In this document: positions 22,661 to 34,068 of the stretch, piece after piece
Numbering within the stretch: the stretch's first letter is position 1
How the letters are laid out: each line of letters begins with the position of its first letter
NCBI GenBank assembly: GCA_937625935.1
Contig: OW569389.1
Location: forward strand, 335,694-399,693
DNA length: 64,000 bases
Origin: Tetramitus jugosus
Lineage: Eukaryota > Protista > Heterolobosea
Direction of reading: 5' to 3'
Program-made: the position numbers and the translations under genes
Notes under the pieces: model-generated
What the model saw: only the letters and a program-made list of their open reading frames with translations
Told to the model about the DNA's origin: nothing
Databases searched by the model: none

Positions 22661-23046
22661 GATTTTTTTTTCTGTTGTTGTTGTTGTTGGTTGCTGTTTT
22701 ATTCAAACTTTTGTTTTTTTGCACGTATGAGTGTTTCGTTAGAATTCTGCTTCAGTTGTTGTTGTTTGACTAGGAGGAAATTTGACAGTCGCCGGTTGAT
22801 GTTACCCCTATTAAAGTGAGGTGTTGCTTGGAACTGTTGACAGCTATCAAATGTCATTACCGGGATCGGTGTTTACGCTCGGAAAAATGAATAATTCTGA
22901 CAACTGAAGAAAAATCTTTTTCATGCAGAGCGCTCATTTACGTTTAGAAAGATATCTGTGTGCGAGAGACCAGACCTGTGCGTGATCCGCTGCGAATACA
23001 GTAAACACCGCGAACAAAAGAAACAGGTTGAGGAGAAACAACAAAT

Positions 23047-25249
23047 TTACTCATTCTGTTGCAAAATAGAAGCATAAGAGAATGAGGAGCTTTGTGCCTT
23101 GTTCTCAGAAGTTGCAGTGCTCACTGGTGATTCCTTCTTCTCAACAACAGGCTTCTTCTCCTTGATGGCTGCTGGCTTTTCTGCCTTCTCAACCTTCTCT
23201 GGCTTTTCTGCCTTCTTCTTTGGAGCGGCTGGTTGATCCTTCTTTGGGGCAACTGGCTTTTGTTGCTTGTCTTCCATCTTCTTTGGCTCTGGTCTGTGTG
23301 GTTCTGGTCTGATCAATGCACCAGAAGCAGCAGCTGGGGAGGCTGGTGAAGCTCTAGAGTCTCCTCTCTTTCTTCCAACGATATCGGATGCCTTGACATT
23401 AGAGTTACGTCTCTTTCTGTGTGGCAACAAGTGCTCGTTTGAGATTTCTGGAGTCTTAATGTCTCTAGCAGTGATAGCAGCTTCGGCAAAGGAGATCATA
23501 GTCGATTCCATGACGGATTCTGGGCTAGTAGCATCAACAACAGGAACACCCTGATCAGGTGGGCTCATCAAAACCATTTCGGCATGAGGCTCAGTGCGCA
23601 AAACATCGCAATCAGCAGGCAAATCAGTTGGTCTGACCAAATCCTTAACAATAGTTGCATATGCATCGAGAACAACTTGCTTGTTGTACTTGATGTATTC
23701 ATCACCGCAATAGCCAGTCTTCGACCGTTCAGCAACAGGCATAGAAGGAAGTGGTGGGAAGTTCTTGGCGCTGTCAATAGTTGGTATTGGTTGTTGAGGA
23801 ACTGTCTTTGGCTTTCTAACACCCTTCTTGATTGGTGTAGTGGTGGAAGAAGATGGCACACGTGCGTTTGGAGCGACTCCCTTTTGGTAGGTGGATGGAA
23901 CGCTCTGTGGAGCTTGACCGCCTGTCCTTGGTTGAGGAGCTTGTCTTTGTTGTTGTTGTGGGCTGGTTGGTGCAGCGCCAGATGATTGGTTGGTTGCCTT
24001 TGGTGCTTGTGGTCTTGATCCTCCAGTGGTTGCGTTCACATTGGCAGCAGGAACATTGTTGTTAACAAATGGTGCTTGCTTGGTTGGTCCATTCTTGTTC
24101 TTTGGGTTGTAGTAGTCACGGCCTCCGACTCTAGCATTTCTTGGGCCAGCATTGTTGTTGTTGGATCTTCTTGGACCGCCTGTTCCTCTTGGGGCACCAC
24201 CATTGTTTCTAAAGTGTGGGTTTCTTCTGTTGTCTCCAAAGTTTTGGCGTGGGTATGCTGGATAGCCTCCTTGTTGTTGTGTGGCTGGGTATGAACTCTT
24301 CAACAAATTGTCAGACTTGATACGTGCTTGAATTGTCTTGTCCTGGAATGTCTTTCCTCTAATGAAATCAAGTGCTTCCAAAGCTTGCTCATCAGTCTCA
24401 AAACCAATGAACCAGGTATCACCGATATCACTTCTTATAGTTTGTGGCAAATTGTTCTGGTCAAAGATTTGTTTCACTTCCTATTAATTTTGTTTGTTGA
24501 TCAAAAAGTGAACTCGTGGTTAGAAACTGATAAATCATCATTCATAGTGTGTGCGCGAGTCATGGAGTGAGCGACATGCATTTCTCTCTATCCGATGCGA
24601 AAAAAACAAAATAATCTCCCAAATCAAGCGTTCATCATTTTCTTCATCAAAAGAAAAAAAAGTACATGGTCTTGCTCCTCTCTCGCTCACACACACTCGC
24701 TCAACTAGACACAAAAAACATCGACATTCATACCTCTTCTGGTGTGGATGATGGAATATCACGCAAAATGACAGTGTTTCGTGAAACTGTGAAGTTTGGT
24801 TTGATTTTAGAGCTGGTTTCGTCCAATGTGACATGTGTTGATGACTTGATTGCCTCAACGATCAATGCTGGATCTTCAGTCAAAGTCTTCATCATTTTGA
24901 ATCCAGCAATAATTTCAACAGGTACAAACATATCCTTGTTCATATGCGATACTAGGAATGGATCATTGTTCAAATTTTGTCGTGAAAAGTAGTATTCTAC
25001 TTGCTTGCGGATGGCTTCCAATAGCTCTTCACCTTCTGTTCCATGCAATGATTGTGATTCGAGTGATCAATAATATGTGAACGAAAAAAAAAGCAAATGT
25101 TAGTAAGAGAGGATTCAACAACAACATGTGAATGGTTAAGTAAGTAGAAAGAGACACGAACCAAGCTTCTTTGTGTTTTCTTGAGTAGCGGTGGTGTTAA
25201 CTTGTTCTTCTTGTGGAACGATGGTGGTAGTATTGTCTTCAGAGCTCAT
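23047..25249 (-). CDS. La-related protein, LARP4-like (exons 25249-25162, 25035-24734, 24480-23047)
   Basis: La motif IRKQVEYYFSRQNL followed by an RRM (VILRDIP...WFIGFETDEQA...IQARIK) and a NFPPLP motif. Both GT-AG introns keep the frame. Confidence 0.88.
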
Positions 25250-25935
25250 GCTTATTATTATTATTTTTGTAGTTGGCAGATGATAGATGCGCGCTTATTA
25301 TTTGTTGTTGTTGTTGTTGGGTGGTGGACGATTTGAACACTAGTTGTTGTTGTTATTGATGCTTTTTTGCTTGTTTTTGATTTTCTCCAATGATGATAAC
25401 TTTTCGTTTCAGAATAATAATATTTGAATTTTTATATTCTAATATTATACGAAAGAGAGATGAGAGAGAAGTTTCAAATAGTTCTTTTGGTTTTTTGTTT
25501 TCCAATCAAAAAAAATGGAATTACGTGTGTCTGTCGCCTTTTTGCGTTGTGTGTGAATTTCGAGTTGCTCTTTATTTTTCGTCGCGAAATTGCATCCAAC
25601 TTTACAATAAAAAAAATTCCACACACATAGACCTTGGTCAACCCTGAAGGATAGCTGAGAGCAAGGCTCGGAAATGCAAACACGTGACAGCCAAGCACGT
25701 AATGGCTTGGATACCCATAATCATCGAATGAACCACATTCACCTTTGACTGACATACTGTCCTCGTTCGTTGCTGTAGAGTCCTACCACTTTAGAGGTGA
25801 ACCTTCGTGGATGTCAAGAAACGTTGACAACAGAACACAATTCCCACGAAGTCTGGATGCAGCTATCCAACTCGGGCAAACACCCAAAAATTTTGTCGGG
25901 ATTAAAGCTGTAGAAACAAAACATCCAAACAACAA

Positions 25936-27363
25936 ATGCCCAAACTCCACTCATTCACATCTCTCCTGTTACTTCTCTCACTATCCCTCCTCTTTTTCAC
26001 TTGTCACACATTGGCCAATGTCCAACAAACTCACAACAACAATAATGCCGCCAAAAATTCTCCTTTTGCAATGGACATGAACGATTTTTTCACTAGTAGC
26101 AACAGCAACAACATTTCAACCATTTTGACATCTCAACAAATTTGTTCAACCAACAGTGCAAGTCACACCAAGGCTCACAAACGAACAGCCACTCAATTCC
26201 TTCAAGTAATGAACGGATGTCACATGGACACATCAAACAATGAAATTCTATATCGAACATCAAAGCTATTGATTGATTGGTTCAGTCCAACTGTGATTAC
26301 AAGTGTCATTTTTGTGTTTATCATGGTTTTACCATGGATCATGAGTGTGTATGATGATGAACAGAAAACGACTGAAAATATGAGTCGATTTGCGCATTAT
26401 ACACTTGTTGCATGTGATTTGATGTTTCGAATCTCGTGGGTTACTGCGTTTGGAGCATGGTTGTTAGCTGTGTTTAGACAAGCTTCACCTTGTTCCTGTT
26501 CTCAACACATTTATGCTTCACCTGCTTCATCATCGTCATCGTTGTTTTTAGCTTCTTCGGATGAAATGATTTTGTTGGGTCAAACAGCAGAAAAAGTTGT
26601 TGGTTACGTGTTTGGTATGCCCAATGTTCACGTCTTGGTCACTACTGTGCTCTCTCTGCATGCCATTCAGAGAATGAGTATTCCTATCGGAGGTTTTCTA
26701 TTGTTGGTGATGCCGGTGGCGGCAGTTTTTTCTGGAATGGCAAGCACAGGTCAAGTCATTGCCGCTTTTTTTATTGCTATTCCGTTGCACTTTTATCAAA
26801 CGTTGACTCCGCAGTGGTTGCGCTTGGTTGACTTTGCGTTCAATTTGTTCTCTGGAGTGCTCGTGTTGCCGCTCGTCAAACATTTTTACTTGTCTCAGGA
26901 TTTTGCCTTTTCTGAAATGTTTTTCGAAGGAGTGATCATGCAAGTGTTTTCATTGGTTGTGATCATTGTATTCTTCTCGCTCGGTTTTCTCAAGATTACA
27001 ATCAAGAGACCCATTTATGAGAGCAGTCCACTGGATATTCAACATTTGAGAATGAGATTGACACCGGAGCAAAAGCAGTTAATGGAGGGAGAGCAAATGG
27101 GGTATGATCACTCGGATTATGCAAATACTTCGTCACCATCGTCCTCTCTGCTATCTTCTTCGTCAAGACGTGGCTCCATGTCGTTGGCATCTGCTGGTTA
27201 CTCGTACGATGAAGGTCACGTGTTTAGTGTTTTGTACGCTTATCCAATGATTCTTTATGCGATTGCACTGGGAACATTCTTGCTTGTGGCAGCATTCAAG
27301 GTTGCTGCTGTAAAGTACTTGGATGAGATGCTTTCATTTGGTCAGAGCATTCATCACAAGTAG
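25936..27363 (+). CDS. Multi-pass membrane protein with a degenerate PAP2/dolichyl-diphosphatase-like core
   Basis: Signal peptide and about 9 TM segments; RQASP / GMPNVH / AAVFSGMASTGQV sit at PAP2 motif 1-3 spacing. Confidence 0.6.
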   Translation: MPKLHSFTSLLLLLSLSLLFFTCHTLANVQQTHNNNNAAKNSPFAMDMNDFFTSSNSNNISTILTSQQICSTNSASHTKAHKRTATQFLQVMNGCHMDTSNNEILYRTSKLLIDWFSPTVITSVIFVFIMVLPWIMSVYDDEQKTTENMSRFAHYTLVACDLMFRISWVTAFGAWLLAVFRQASPCSCSQHIYASPASSSSSLFLASSDEMILLGQTAEKVVGYVFGMPNVHVLVTTVLSLHAIQRMSIPIGGFLLLVMPVAAVFSGMASTGQVIAAFFIAIPLHFYQTLTPQWLRLVDFAFNLFSGVLVLPLVKHFYLSQDFAFSEMFFEGVIMQVFSLVVIIVFFSLGFLKITIKRPIYESSPLDIQHLRMRLTPEQKQLMEGEQMGYDHSDYANTSSPSSSLLSSSSRRGSMSLASAGYSYDEGHVFSVLYAYPMILYAIALGTFLLVAAFKVAAVKYLDEMLSFGQSIHHK

Positions 27364-27662
27364 AGCTCCATTATTGAGTTAGAACTTTAATTTCTTTTTA
27401 TACAATTGGATAGAGTATTTATTGACTGTACAGAACAGAATATGAATGAGACTAATATGAAAATAAATAACAACAACAAGAAACGAAGCTTTGGATGAGT
27501 GAGATCCTCATTGCTTTGTTTCCAACTTCCCTCGAGACCAGAACTAAGGTCCTTGACAAAAATCAAAACAAAGAGCTTGCATTCTTCTCTGATTTGTTTT
27601 TCACAACACAGATTCCAAAAAACAACGAAACAAGAAACACACATTGGATCAAGTGTTGAAAG

Positions 27663-28439
27663 ATGAAGGTCATTGCAGTTACTGGTGGAATTGCATGTGG
27701 TAAGAGCACCGTTACCAAAGAAATGGCTCAAATACCAAACGTCCGCATTGTTGATGCCGATCTGATTGCCAGACAGGCACTCGCAGTTGGTTCACCTCCC
27801 TATTTGAAGCTAAGGTCCATGTTGAAGTCTAATGAAAAGTACAGAGATCAGTTTTCTCGTTTGTTTCATGAGGAGGAGGAAGATCAGGCAACCACACAAC
27901 AATTGGGTTCTGAATTGAAAGGAACAGTCAATAGAGAGCTCTTGGGAAAGTTTGTGTTTGCTGATGAGCAATTGAGACGTCAGTTGAACCATATTACTCA
28001 CTCTTGGATCCAAAAGCAGATTATCATGCAAATTCTGAGTGAATGGAGACAACACATGTTTAATACTGATCGTGTGGTTGTAATGGACATTCCCTTGTTG
28101 TTTGAAGCCGGATACATTTATCGGTTCATTGCTAGCAAGGTGATATGTGTTACGACGACGAGTGATTTGGAATTAAGGTGGCTCATGAAGAGAAACAATT
28201 TGTCAGAGACTGATGCAATGAATCGAATTCGTTCTCAGATGCCACTCGCTGTCAAGGAACAAAAATCGGATTATGTGATACGAAACACTGGCAGTTTGAG
28301 TGACTTACAATCTGAAACAAGGAGAGTGTTTATGAAATGCAAAAGAGAGGCAAGTTCCTTCGGTTCACGCACAATGAAATGTGCTGGTCTTGCAGCTGGT
28401 GTTGCGGGTGGTCTCTGGTATCTGAACAGTCGATTGTAA
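27663..28439 (+). CDS. coaE: Dephospho-CoA kinase (DCAKD/CoaE type)
   Basis: TGGIACGKST, DADLIARQ, DIPLLFE, RIRSQMPL and DYVIRNTG motifs; C-terminal membrane anchor. Confidence 0.95.
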   Translation: MKVIAVTGGIACGKSTVTKEMAQIPNVRIVDADLIARQALAVGSPPYLKLRSMLKSNEKYRDQFSRLFHEEEEDQATTQQLGSELKGTVNRELLGKFVFADEQLRRQLNHITHSWIQKQIIMQILSEWRQHMFNTDRVVVMDIPLLFEAGYIYRFIASKVICVTTTSDLELRWLMKRNNLSETDAMNRIRSQMPLAVKEQKSDYVIRNTGSLSDLQSETRRVFMKCKREASSFGSRTMKCAGLAAGVAGGLWYLNSRL

Positions 28440-28636
28440 ACTTGAGTGAGTACCTAAAGAGTTTACAATGTAAAACAAACCAACCATGGGCGCAAGAGCA
28501 CCTTGTTCCACACTTCTGCCCTTCACCCATCAAAAACTAAAATCACTGACATTTCACAAAGAAACACTTTGAAATAAAAATCAAACAACCAAAAAAGACA
28601 AGAATATCACTCGCTCACCAAACAAAATATCAAAAG

Positions 28637-29389
28637 ATGAATGCTGTTGTTGATTTTCGTTCACAAGGGATCCAATCCATTCAAGAATTGAAACATTTGA
28701 TTGAATTTGAACATTCAATCTATCCTAGCGCCAATTCCTCCGAGATTGAACGTGTCGTTTCTTCTTGGTACCTTCCCGCGCAAACTCAGAACCCGACTCT
28801 ACAGCTCGCTCACCGATTGGCGCGCGTGCTTTATGCAAATGACGACAATCGTCTTTTGGGCTACTACATGGTTCTTCCGTTGCATGAGAGTGCATATGAG
28901 GATTTGCTGCACGGTAGACTGACAGAGCTTGAAATTGGTCCACAACACTTGGTTGTTGATGCATCAAAGTGTTCTCGCATCGGTCTCCATGTGTATCACA
29001 TTGAAAAGTTTGGAAAGGACAAGTTGGGAGTTGGTTTCTCGACTCTTATGCTAAGATCGATTGGTCAGGTGTTGAGAGAGTTCTCTCACATACAAGTCAT
29101 TGGTTTCGGTGCTTATTGTGTCTCAGCGTCAGGTATTCAACTGTTTATGAATACTTGGAATTGTTATGAGATTGTATCGAGTGACAAGAACAGTGAAGAA
29201 GAGCACATTTTCATTGATAAGCGCACACGTGAGGTCAAGGTTGTTTCGTTCAGTCAAACCCAGTCACAGTCCATTTACCAAAAGTATGCTCATTTGCAAT
29301 ACATGCATCGCTGTAAGATGCTAGTGACTCGACCTGATCAGTTTTCTCCTGTTTGGCCATACTTACGATGCAATAGATCAAATTTATAA
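28637..29389 (+). CDS. Hypothetical protein, GNAT-like fold suspected
   Basis: LLGYYMVLPLHESAYEDLLHGRLTELEI...LHVYHIEK...AYCVSASGIQLF resembles GNAT-fold proteins. Confidence 0.55.
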   Translation: MNAVVDFRSQGIQSIQELKHLIEFEHSIYPSANSSEIERVVSSWYLPAQTQNPTLQLAHRLARVLYANDDNRLLGYYMVLPLHESAYEDLLHGRLTELEIGPQHLVVDASKCSRIGLHVYHIEKFGKDKLGVGFSTLMLRSIGQVLREFSHIQVIGFGAYCVSASGIQLFMNTWNCYEIVSSDKNSEEEHIFIDKRTREVKVVSFSQTQSQSIYQKYAHLQYMHRCKMLVTRPDQFSPVWPYLRCNRSNL

Positions 29390-29433
29390 GTCAATACAAT
29401 CCCATTTTTTAATAACGAAAATAAATATCAAAA

Positions 29434-31749
29434 CTACAGCTCGGCCGTTGCTCCAGCAATTGCAATAGCAGCGGACTTGCCCTTAGCAGGACTCATGTTC
29501 CGTTGATTCTGGTTGCCAATCGAGGAAGGTGGCGAGTTCCCTGTCTTGTTGCTCTGCTCATTTCCATCGAATCCCCTGCTCCGGGTCATGGCATGCAACT
29601 TGTACAGCTCCAATTGTTGGTGATAGATAAGTTCTTGCTGTCTCAACAGTAATTGTTCCATTCGTAAGCACATGGCGGCATCTCTATCTTGAGCGTTCAT
29701 TCCTGAGAGTACGGCAGTATCGTCCGATCTCGTTGCACTCGTGCTACCACTACTACGAGCAGTGCTAAGAGAGTCATTGGGTGGAGATGTTCCTGGTACA
29801 GGTGCGGGTGTGTTCAATGTGCGACCTGGTCCCAACAAGGACGACGATGGTGGCCCATGTTGACTATAGTATGGAATATTCTTTTGTTGCATTTCCTTGT
29901 ACAGAGAGTACGGTGGTTGACTTCTATTGTACTGAGGATGATTGTAATCGTTCCAATTGTAGTCTACAGGCCTTCCCTCATCATACATCTCTTCATCAGA
30001 CTGCTGTTGTTGTGCACTTTCGCTCACATCATACAAATCTTCATTGTCAAAGTAGTCCACTTCTTTTGAAGATGAAGGAGAAGATGTGGCTGTTCGTTTG
30101 CGAGGTGACCGTTGAGTCCTGCTCCTGTTTGTGCTGCCAGCTGCAGTGAAGCGAGTGGTCGACTTGTTTTGTCGTACATCATCTTCCTCTTCTTCTTCAT
30201 CTTCCATGGATGATGTGTTGCCTTGTGCAGTTGAAGAAGATGCATTGGTGGTAGCAGAGGAGATTGGTGTCATGGGTTCATCATCTGAGCTACCACCAGC
30301 GACAGCATTTCCAGCACCACTCGTTTGAGTGCTACCCGTGGCAAATGCACTAAACATGGAGTCATACGAAGAGTGTGGTGTCGTGCTTGTTGCACTCGTA
30401 GGCGATTTGATCATGGTGTCACCAGATTCATCTTGTTGTTGTTGATTAGAAAAGAATGGTTGTCTATATCTCTTGAGTGGAGGCAATGGAGAGAGATCGT
30501 CCTTGTTTCGTGCATATGCCTTCTTCAATGGCAGATTATTCATCGGTTGTGGCGATGATTCCTTCTTCTTGATGTTATTGTTGGCTGCACTGTTGCTGCT
30601 ACTACTACTGCTGCTATTGGTCTTGAAACGTCCATAGGAATCTGAAGCTACACTGGGTGACAGTGGACTCTTGCTTCGATTGGAGGTGCTTTGCTTTGGT
30701 TTCTTGCTAGTAGGTGTTGGTGGCTTTCGACCACCAAGAGTCGTTGGAGAAGCACCACCAGTGTGAGGTGAAAAGTTTCCATTGCTTTGGCCACTGGTAG
30801 GAGTAGGAGGCTTTCTCTGAGCTCTATCCATTTCTAGTGGTCGTTGTTGACCATGTCTGCTCAAGTAGAGACCACACTTGTTGCAAAGTGTATGACCTTC
30901 GCTATCTTTTCTCCACAGCGGACTATTGGTTGCTTTACAATTGTGGCAAAAATTGGATGATTTGCTGCTGCGACCTCCGCTGGTGCTTGTGCTAGTGGTG
31001 GGAGACCTCTTCTTTTTCAATGTGGCAGATGGCGAGGATGACAGGGAGGACACAGGAGAGGCGGAGGATGAAGACGACGATGATGAACCAGGAACAGTTA
31101 AGCTATGCTGCTGTGATGAGGAGCTACTACTGGAAGAGCTGCTCGTTGTTTGATAAGGAACGGAAGGGGCACTGAATGGAGAGCTAGGGGTGCTGGGAGT
31201 CGTTGGCGTAATGGGAGTCGTACTCAGCGGACTTGCTCTACCAGTAGCGGGAAATAAATTAGCTCCGCCGACAGGCGTTGAGGGGGACATTTTGAGGCGC
31301 TTTGGAATAGGCAGGCCACTCGCAGCAATGTTACCAAAGGGAGAGACAGGAGACGACACAGATGGAGAGAAAGGACTGCTTGGAGCTACCATTGTTGATG
31401 CCTTGGAGGAAGTATCTAGCGAGCTTAATGGCTTGTTATGGAAGGGATGAGAATTTGAGCTTGAGCTGCTGCTACTGCGACTACTGGAAGAGCTACTGGA
31501 GATGAGTGGTGGTTGAAAGCTATTGACAGCAGTTGTTGTTGGTTGTGAAGGAGGAGGAACAACAGAGAGTACTGGTTGTTGACTCGTCGTCGTTGTTGAG
31601 CTTTTGTTGCTATAGTTGTTATTGTTGTTGGTATTGGGTGTTGCTGTTGTTGAGTGGTGACTTGTGCTGCTTGCAGCGCTGAGAATATTGGCAAAAATGC
31701 CATGATTGTTGTTGGAGGAGGCTTGTTTTTCTGATGGGTGGTTCGACAT
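29434..31749 (-). CDS. GATA zinc-finger transcription factor
   Basis: [28 protein letters not shown] (C-x2-C-x17-C-x2-C) within S/T/P-rich disordered sequence. Confidence 0.92.
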   Translation of the reverse strand: MSNHPSEKQASSNNNHGIFANILSAASSTSHHSTTATPNTNNNNNYSNKSSTTTTSQQPVLSVVPPPSQPTTTAVNSFQPPLISSSSSSSRSSSSSSSNSHPFHNKPLSSLDTSSKASTMVAPSSPFSPSVSSPVSPFGNIAASGLPIPKRLKMSPSTPVGGANLFPATGRASPLSTTPITPTTPSTPSSPFSAPSVPYQTTSSSSSSSSSSQQHSLTVPGSSSSSSSSASPVSSLSSSPSATLKKKRSPTTSTSTSGGRSSKSSNFCHNCKATNSPLWRKDSEGHTLCNKCGLYLSRHGQQRPLEMDRAQRKPPTPTSGQSNGNFSPHTGGASPTTLGGRKPPTPTSKKPKQSTSNRSKSPLSPSVASDSYGRFKTNSSSSSSSNSAANNNIKKKESSPQPMNNLPLKKAYARNKDDLSPLPPLKRYRQPFFSNQQQQDESGDTMIKSPTSATSTTPHSSYDSMFSAFATGSTQTSGAGNAVAGGSSDDEPMTPISSATTNASSSTAQGNTSSMEDEEEEEDDVRQNKSTTRFTAAGSTNRSRTQRSPRKRTATSSPSSSKEVDYFDNEDLYDVSESAQQQQSDEEMYDEGRPVDYNWNDYNHPQYNRSQPPYSLYKEMQQKNIPYYSQHGPPSSSLLGPGRTLNTPAPVPGTSPPNDSLSTARSSGSTSATRSDDTAVLSGMNAQDRDAAMCLRMEQLLLRQQELIYHQQLELYKLHAMTRSRGFDGNEQSNKTGNSPPSSIGNQNQRNMSPAKGKSAAIAIAGATAEL

Positions 31750-32607
31750 GTTTTTGAGATAAATAGTAAGGTAGTTTTTGGTTCTGTGGATTGATCTCTC
31801 TTATCTGTGTGTGAGTATAGAAGAAGCGGGAGAGGAGGTGTTAAAAAATTTTGATGGTGTGTGAAGTGTGTGTTGAGATCTGATGATCTGGTGCTTCTCT
31901 TCTGGGTGGAAAGCGAGTCGGGAGATTGAGGAATAGGGTACGTCCGTCAAGTCAAGGGAATTTTTCTGCGGCACAGAGAGAGCTAAGGAGCTTTGGGCCA
32001 AGATAATATCGAGTTGCTGGTTTTTGTTTGTTCTTGTTTGTTTCTTCTTGTTGTGAGCCAGGTTGATCAAATGTTTTGACAGAATGAATAAGGATGGGAC
32101 CAAAGTTGGGAACACAGACAAGGAGGTTTCGTTTAGATTAGGTCGTTTGTTGTCTGTTTTGTGCGTGTTAGCCGACAAAGATCTCGCCTCACCAACGACG
32201 AAAAGCTCAAAGTTTTTATTCAAGAAGATTCTCGGACTATTTCATGACAACTCGTTGTCAGTGTCAAAAACCTCCGAGACGATCTGGAGGCCGTTGAAGT
32301 ACGAGATTTGATTTTACATGTGCCAGTAACAGATCTATTCGATTGGCGTTGCTGCCCGGGGAAGAAGAGAATAAAAGATATTCTGAAGCTTTGCCACAGA
32401 CAGCAACAGTTCAGGATCAGATATTATCCAGAAACTTCGCAGGTGTACTTGATGACGAATATTTCTTTGAAAGGTCGTCAAAACCAATCTTTCCAAATCT
32501 TCGTCGTGACATCTTATTGCCAGTTAATGAGACTAAAATCTCACTGTTTTTTCACACACAGAATAACATGATGAAAGTAATAAAGAATAAATAAAAAGTA
32601 ACTTTAC

Positions 32608-33432
32608 TTAACAGAATCTGTCTCCATTGAAAGCGGATGGAAGGTCCTTCATCTTGATGAGGTGGACTCCTTTAGCTTTCATGTCGGCCTTTGCTGCGTC
32701 AATGGTTGCTGCAGCGATACCAACAGTAGCATCTTGAATCACAAATGTCTTGTAACCATAGGATGACTTGGAGTCAGAAGCAGAGAAGTAGACACAGTAG
32801 TCCAATGCAATACCAACGAGGTAAACCTCATCAATATCGTGAGCAATCAAAATGTTGTTCAAAACAGTCTCGTGGAAATGACCATTGTCAAAGAATGCAG
32901 AGTAGGAGTCAAGGTCACACTTGTAACCCTTTTGGACAACGACATCAGTGCTCTTCTTGATCAAATTTCCAACAAAGTCAGCATCAGTAGTGTTTTGGAC
33001 ACAGTGATCAGGCCACAAAGTCTGGCTCAAGGTAACAGTTTGAGCACCAGTGCAGTCAACACCATAGTTTGCCTTTGGAGCCAAGTTTGAGGTAGTACAC
33101 AAGTCACCATTAGTATTGTACACGAGATCTCTTGAAGAGAAAACTGGATAACCGACGTGAGCAGAAGCAAAAGAAGCATGGTTAGGACAATGCCAATCTT
33201 GAGTTCTCACAACAAGGTCAAAGTGTTGCTCATATCTGTTTCTGATTCTGTTAATGGTTGGAACAATGCCCAATCCACCAGAAACAGCCAATGTGCCTCC
33301 TTCAACAAAGCAGTTTTGTACATCAATCATCAATAGGGCTCTCTTTGGGGAGATACGACGAGCTTGGGTAAGGGAGCTTGAAAAGCAGATCAGGGCGAGC
33401 AATAGAGCTACAACAGTGGTTTTGTACATCAT
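32608..33432 (-). CDS. pncA: Nicotinamidase/pyrazinamidase (isochorismatase family) with signal peptide
   Basis: IDVQNCF, TQDWHCPNHASF, LWPDHCVQ, VVQKG, DSYSAFFDN and GIALDYCV give an intact Asp-Lys-Cys triad and metal ligands; hydrophobic N-terminal signal. Confidence 0.93.
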   Translation of the reverse strand: MMYKTTVVALLLALICFSSSLTQARRISPKRALLMIDVQNCFVEGGTLAVSGGLGIVPTINRIRNRYEQHFDLVVRTQDWHCPNHASFASAHVGYPVFSSRDLVYNTNGDLCTTSNLAPKANYGVDCTGAQTVTLSQTLWPDHCVQNTTDADFVGNLIKKSTDVVVQKGYKCDLDSYSAFFDNGHFHETVLNNILIAHDIDEVYLVGIALDYCVYFSASDSKSSYGYKTFVIQDATVGIAAATIDAAKADMKAKGVHLIKMKDLPSAFNGDRFC

Positions 33433-34068
33433 GGCTTGAATTAGATAGTAAAATTATACAGAGGGAGAGGTATGGGGGAAATATAGTAAATTACAAGATT
33501 GGCTTATATAGAGTATTCACTTGGCTACAGGCAGTAGTTGTAGTGTGTTGTTATATAGATTAGTATGTTGGAGTTATGTTACAAGTTTTGTTTTGTTTTG
33601 GTAGAGAGGAAGGTTGAAGGAACAAAGATACTGTCTTCCCTTTTTATAGGGAAATAGTATCTACGTGGTCGAGCGAACATGTCAAAGGTTACTGACATTG
33701 ATCCGAGCTAACTGCCCAAGGGCGGATGTAAAGCGATTTCGTCCTCATCAACTGTTACTTAAAACGCGCTGATGGGCGAAACTGCTCCATCATATGTCAG
33801 TGATCTTGGGTTACTCTGTATGGCCTTTGTATTGGCCAATGTGAGGGTATTCAATAAATGAATCAACCTCACACACAATGGAAGGTTGCAAGGAGGAGTA
33901 TAATGTGCGAATTTGAAGGGTTGTAATGAATTCACGAATACTTGACTATTGGCCGCTTACTTGGCTACAAAAAGGGGAGCTGCAAAGCGATTTTCAGATC
34001 TACGAGATTTTTATTTCAACTGAATGTGATCCGACGATCTACGAGTTTAATTGTCATTATGGCTCAAA

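Noticed and set aside
33685-33815. Possible structured RNA upstream of the nicotinamidase (ACTGACAT/ATGTCAGT stem; minus-strand TGATGAGGACGAAA resembling a hammerhead core)
   Set aside because: There is no room for hammerhead stem II, the stems are short enough to arise by chance, and the region lies upstream of a TATA-like element (about 33641-33648). An Infernal/Rfam search would settle it.
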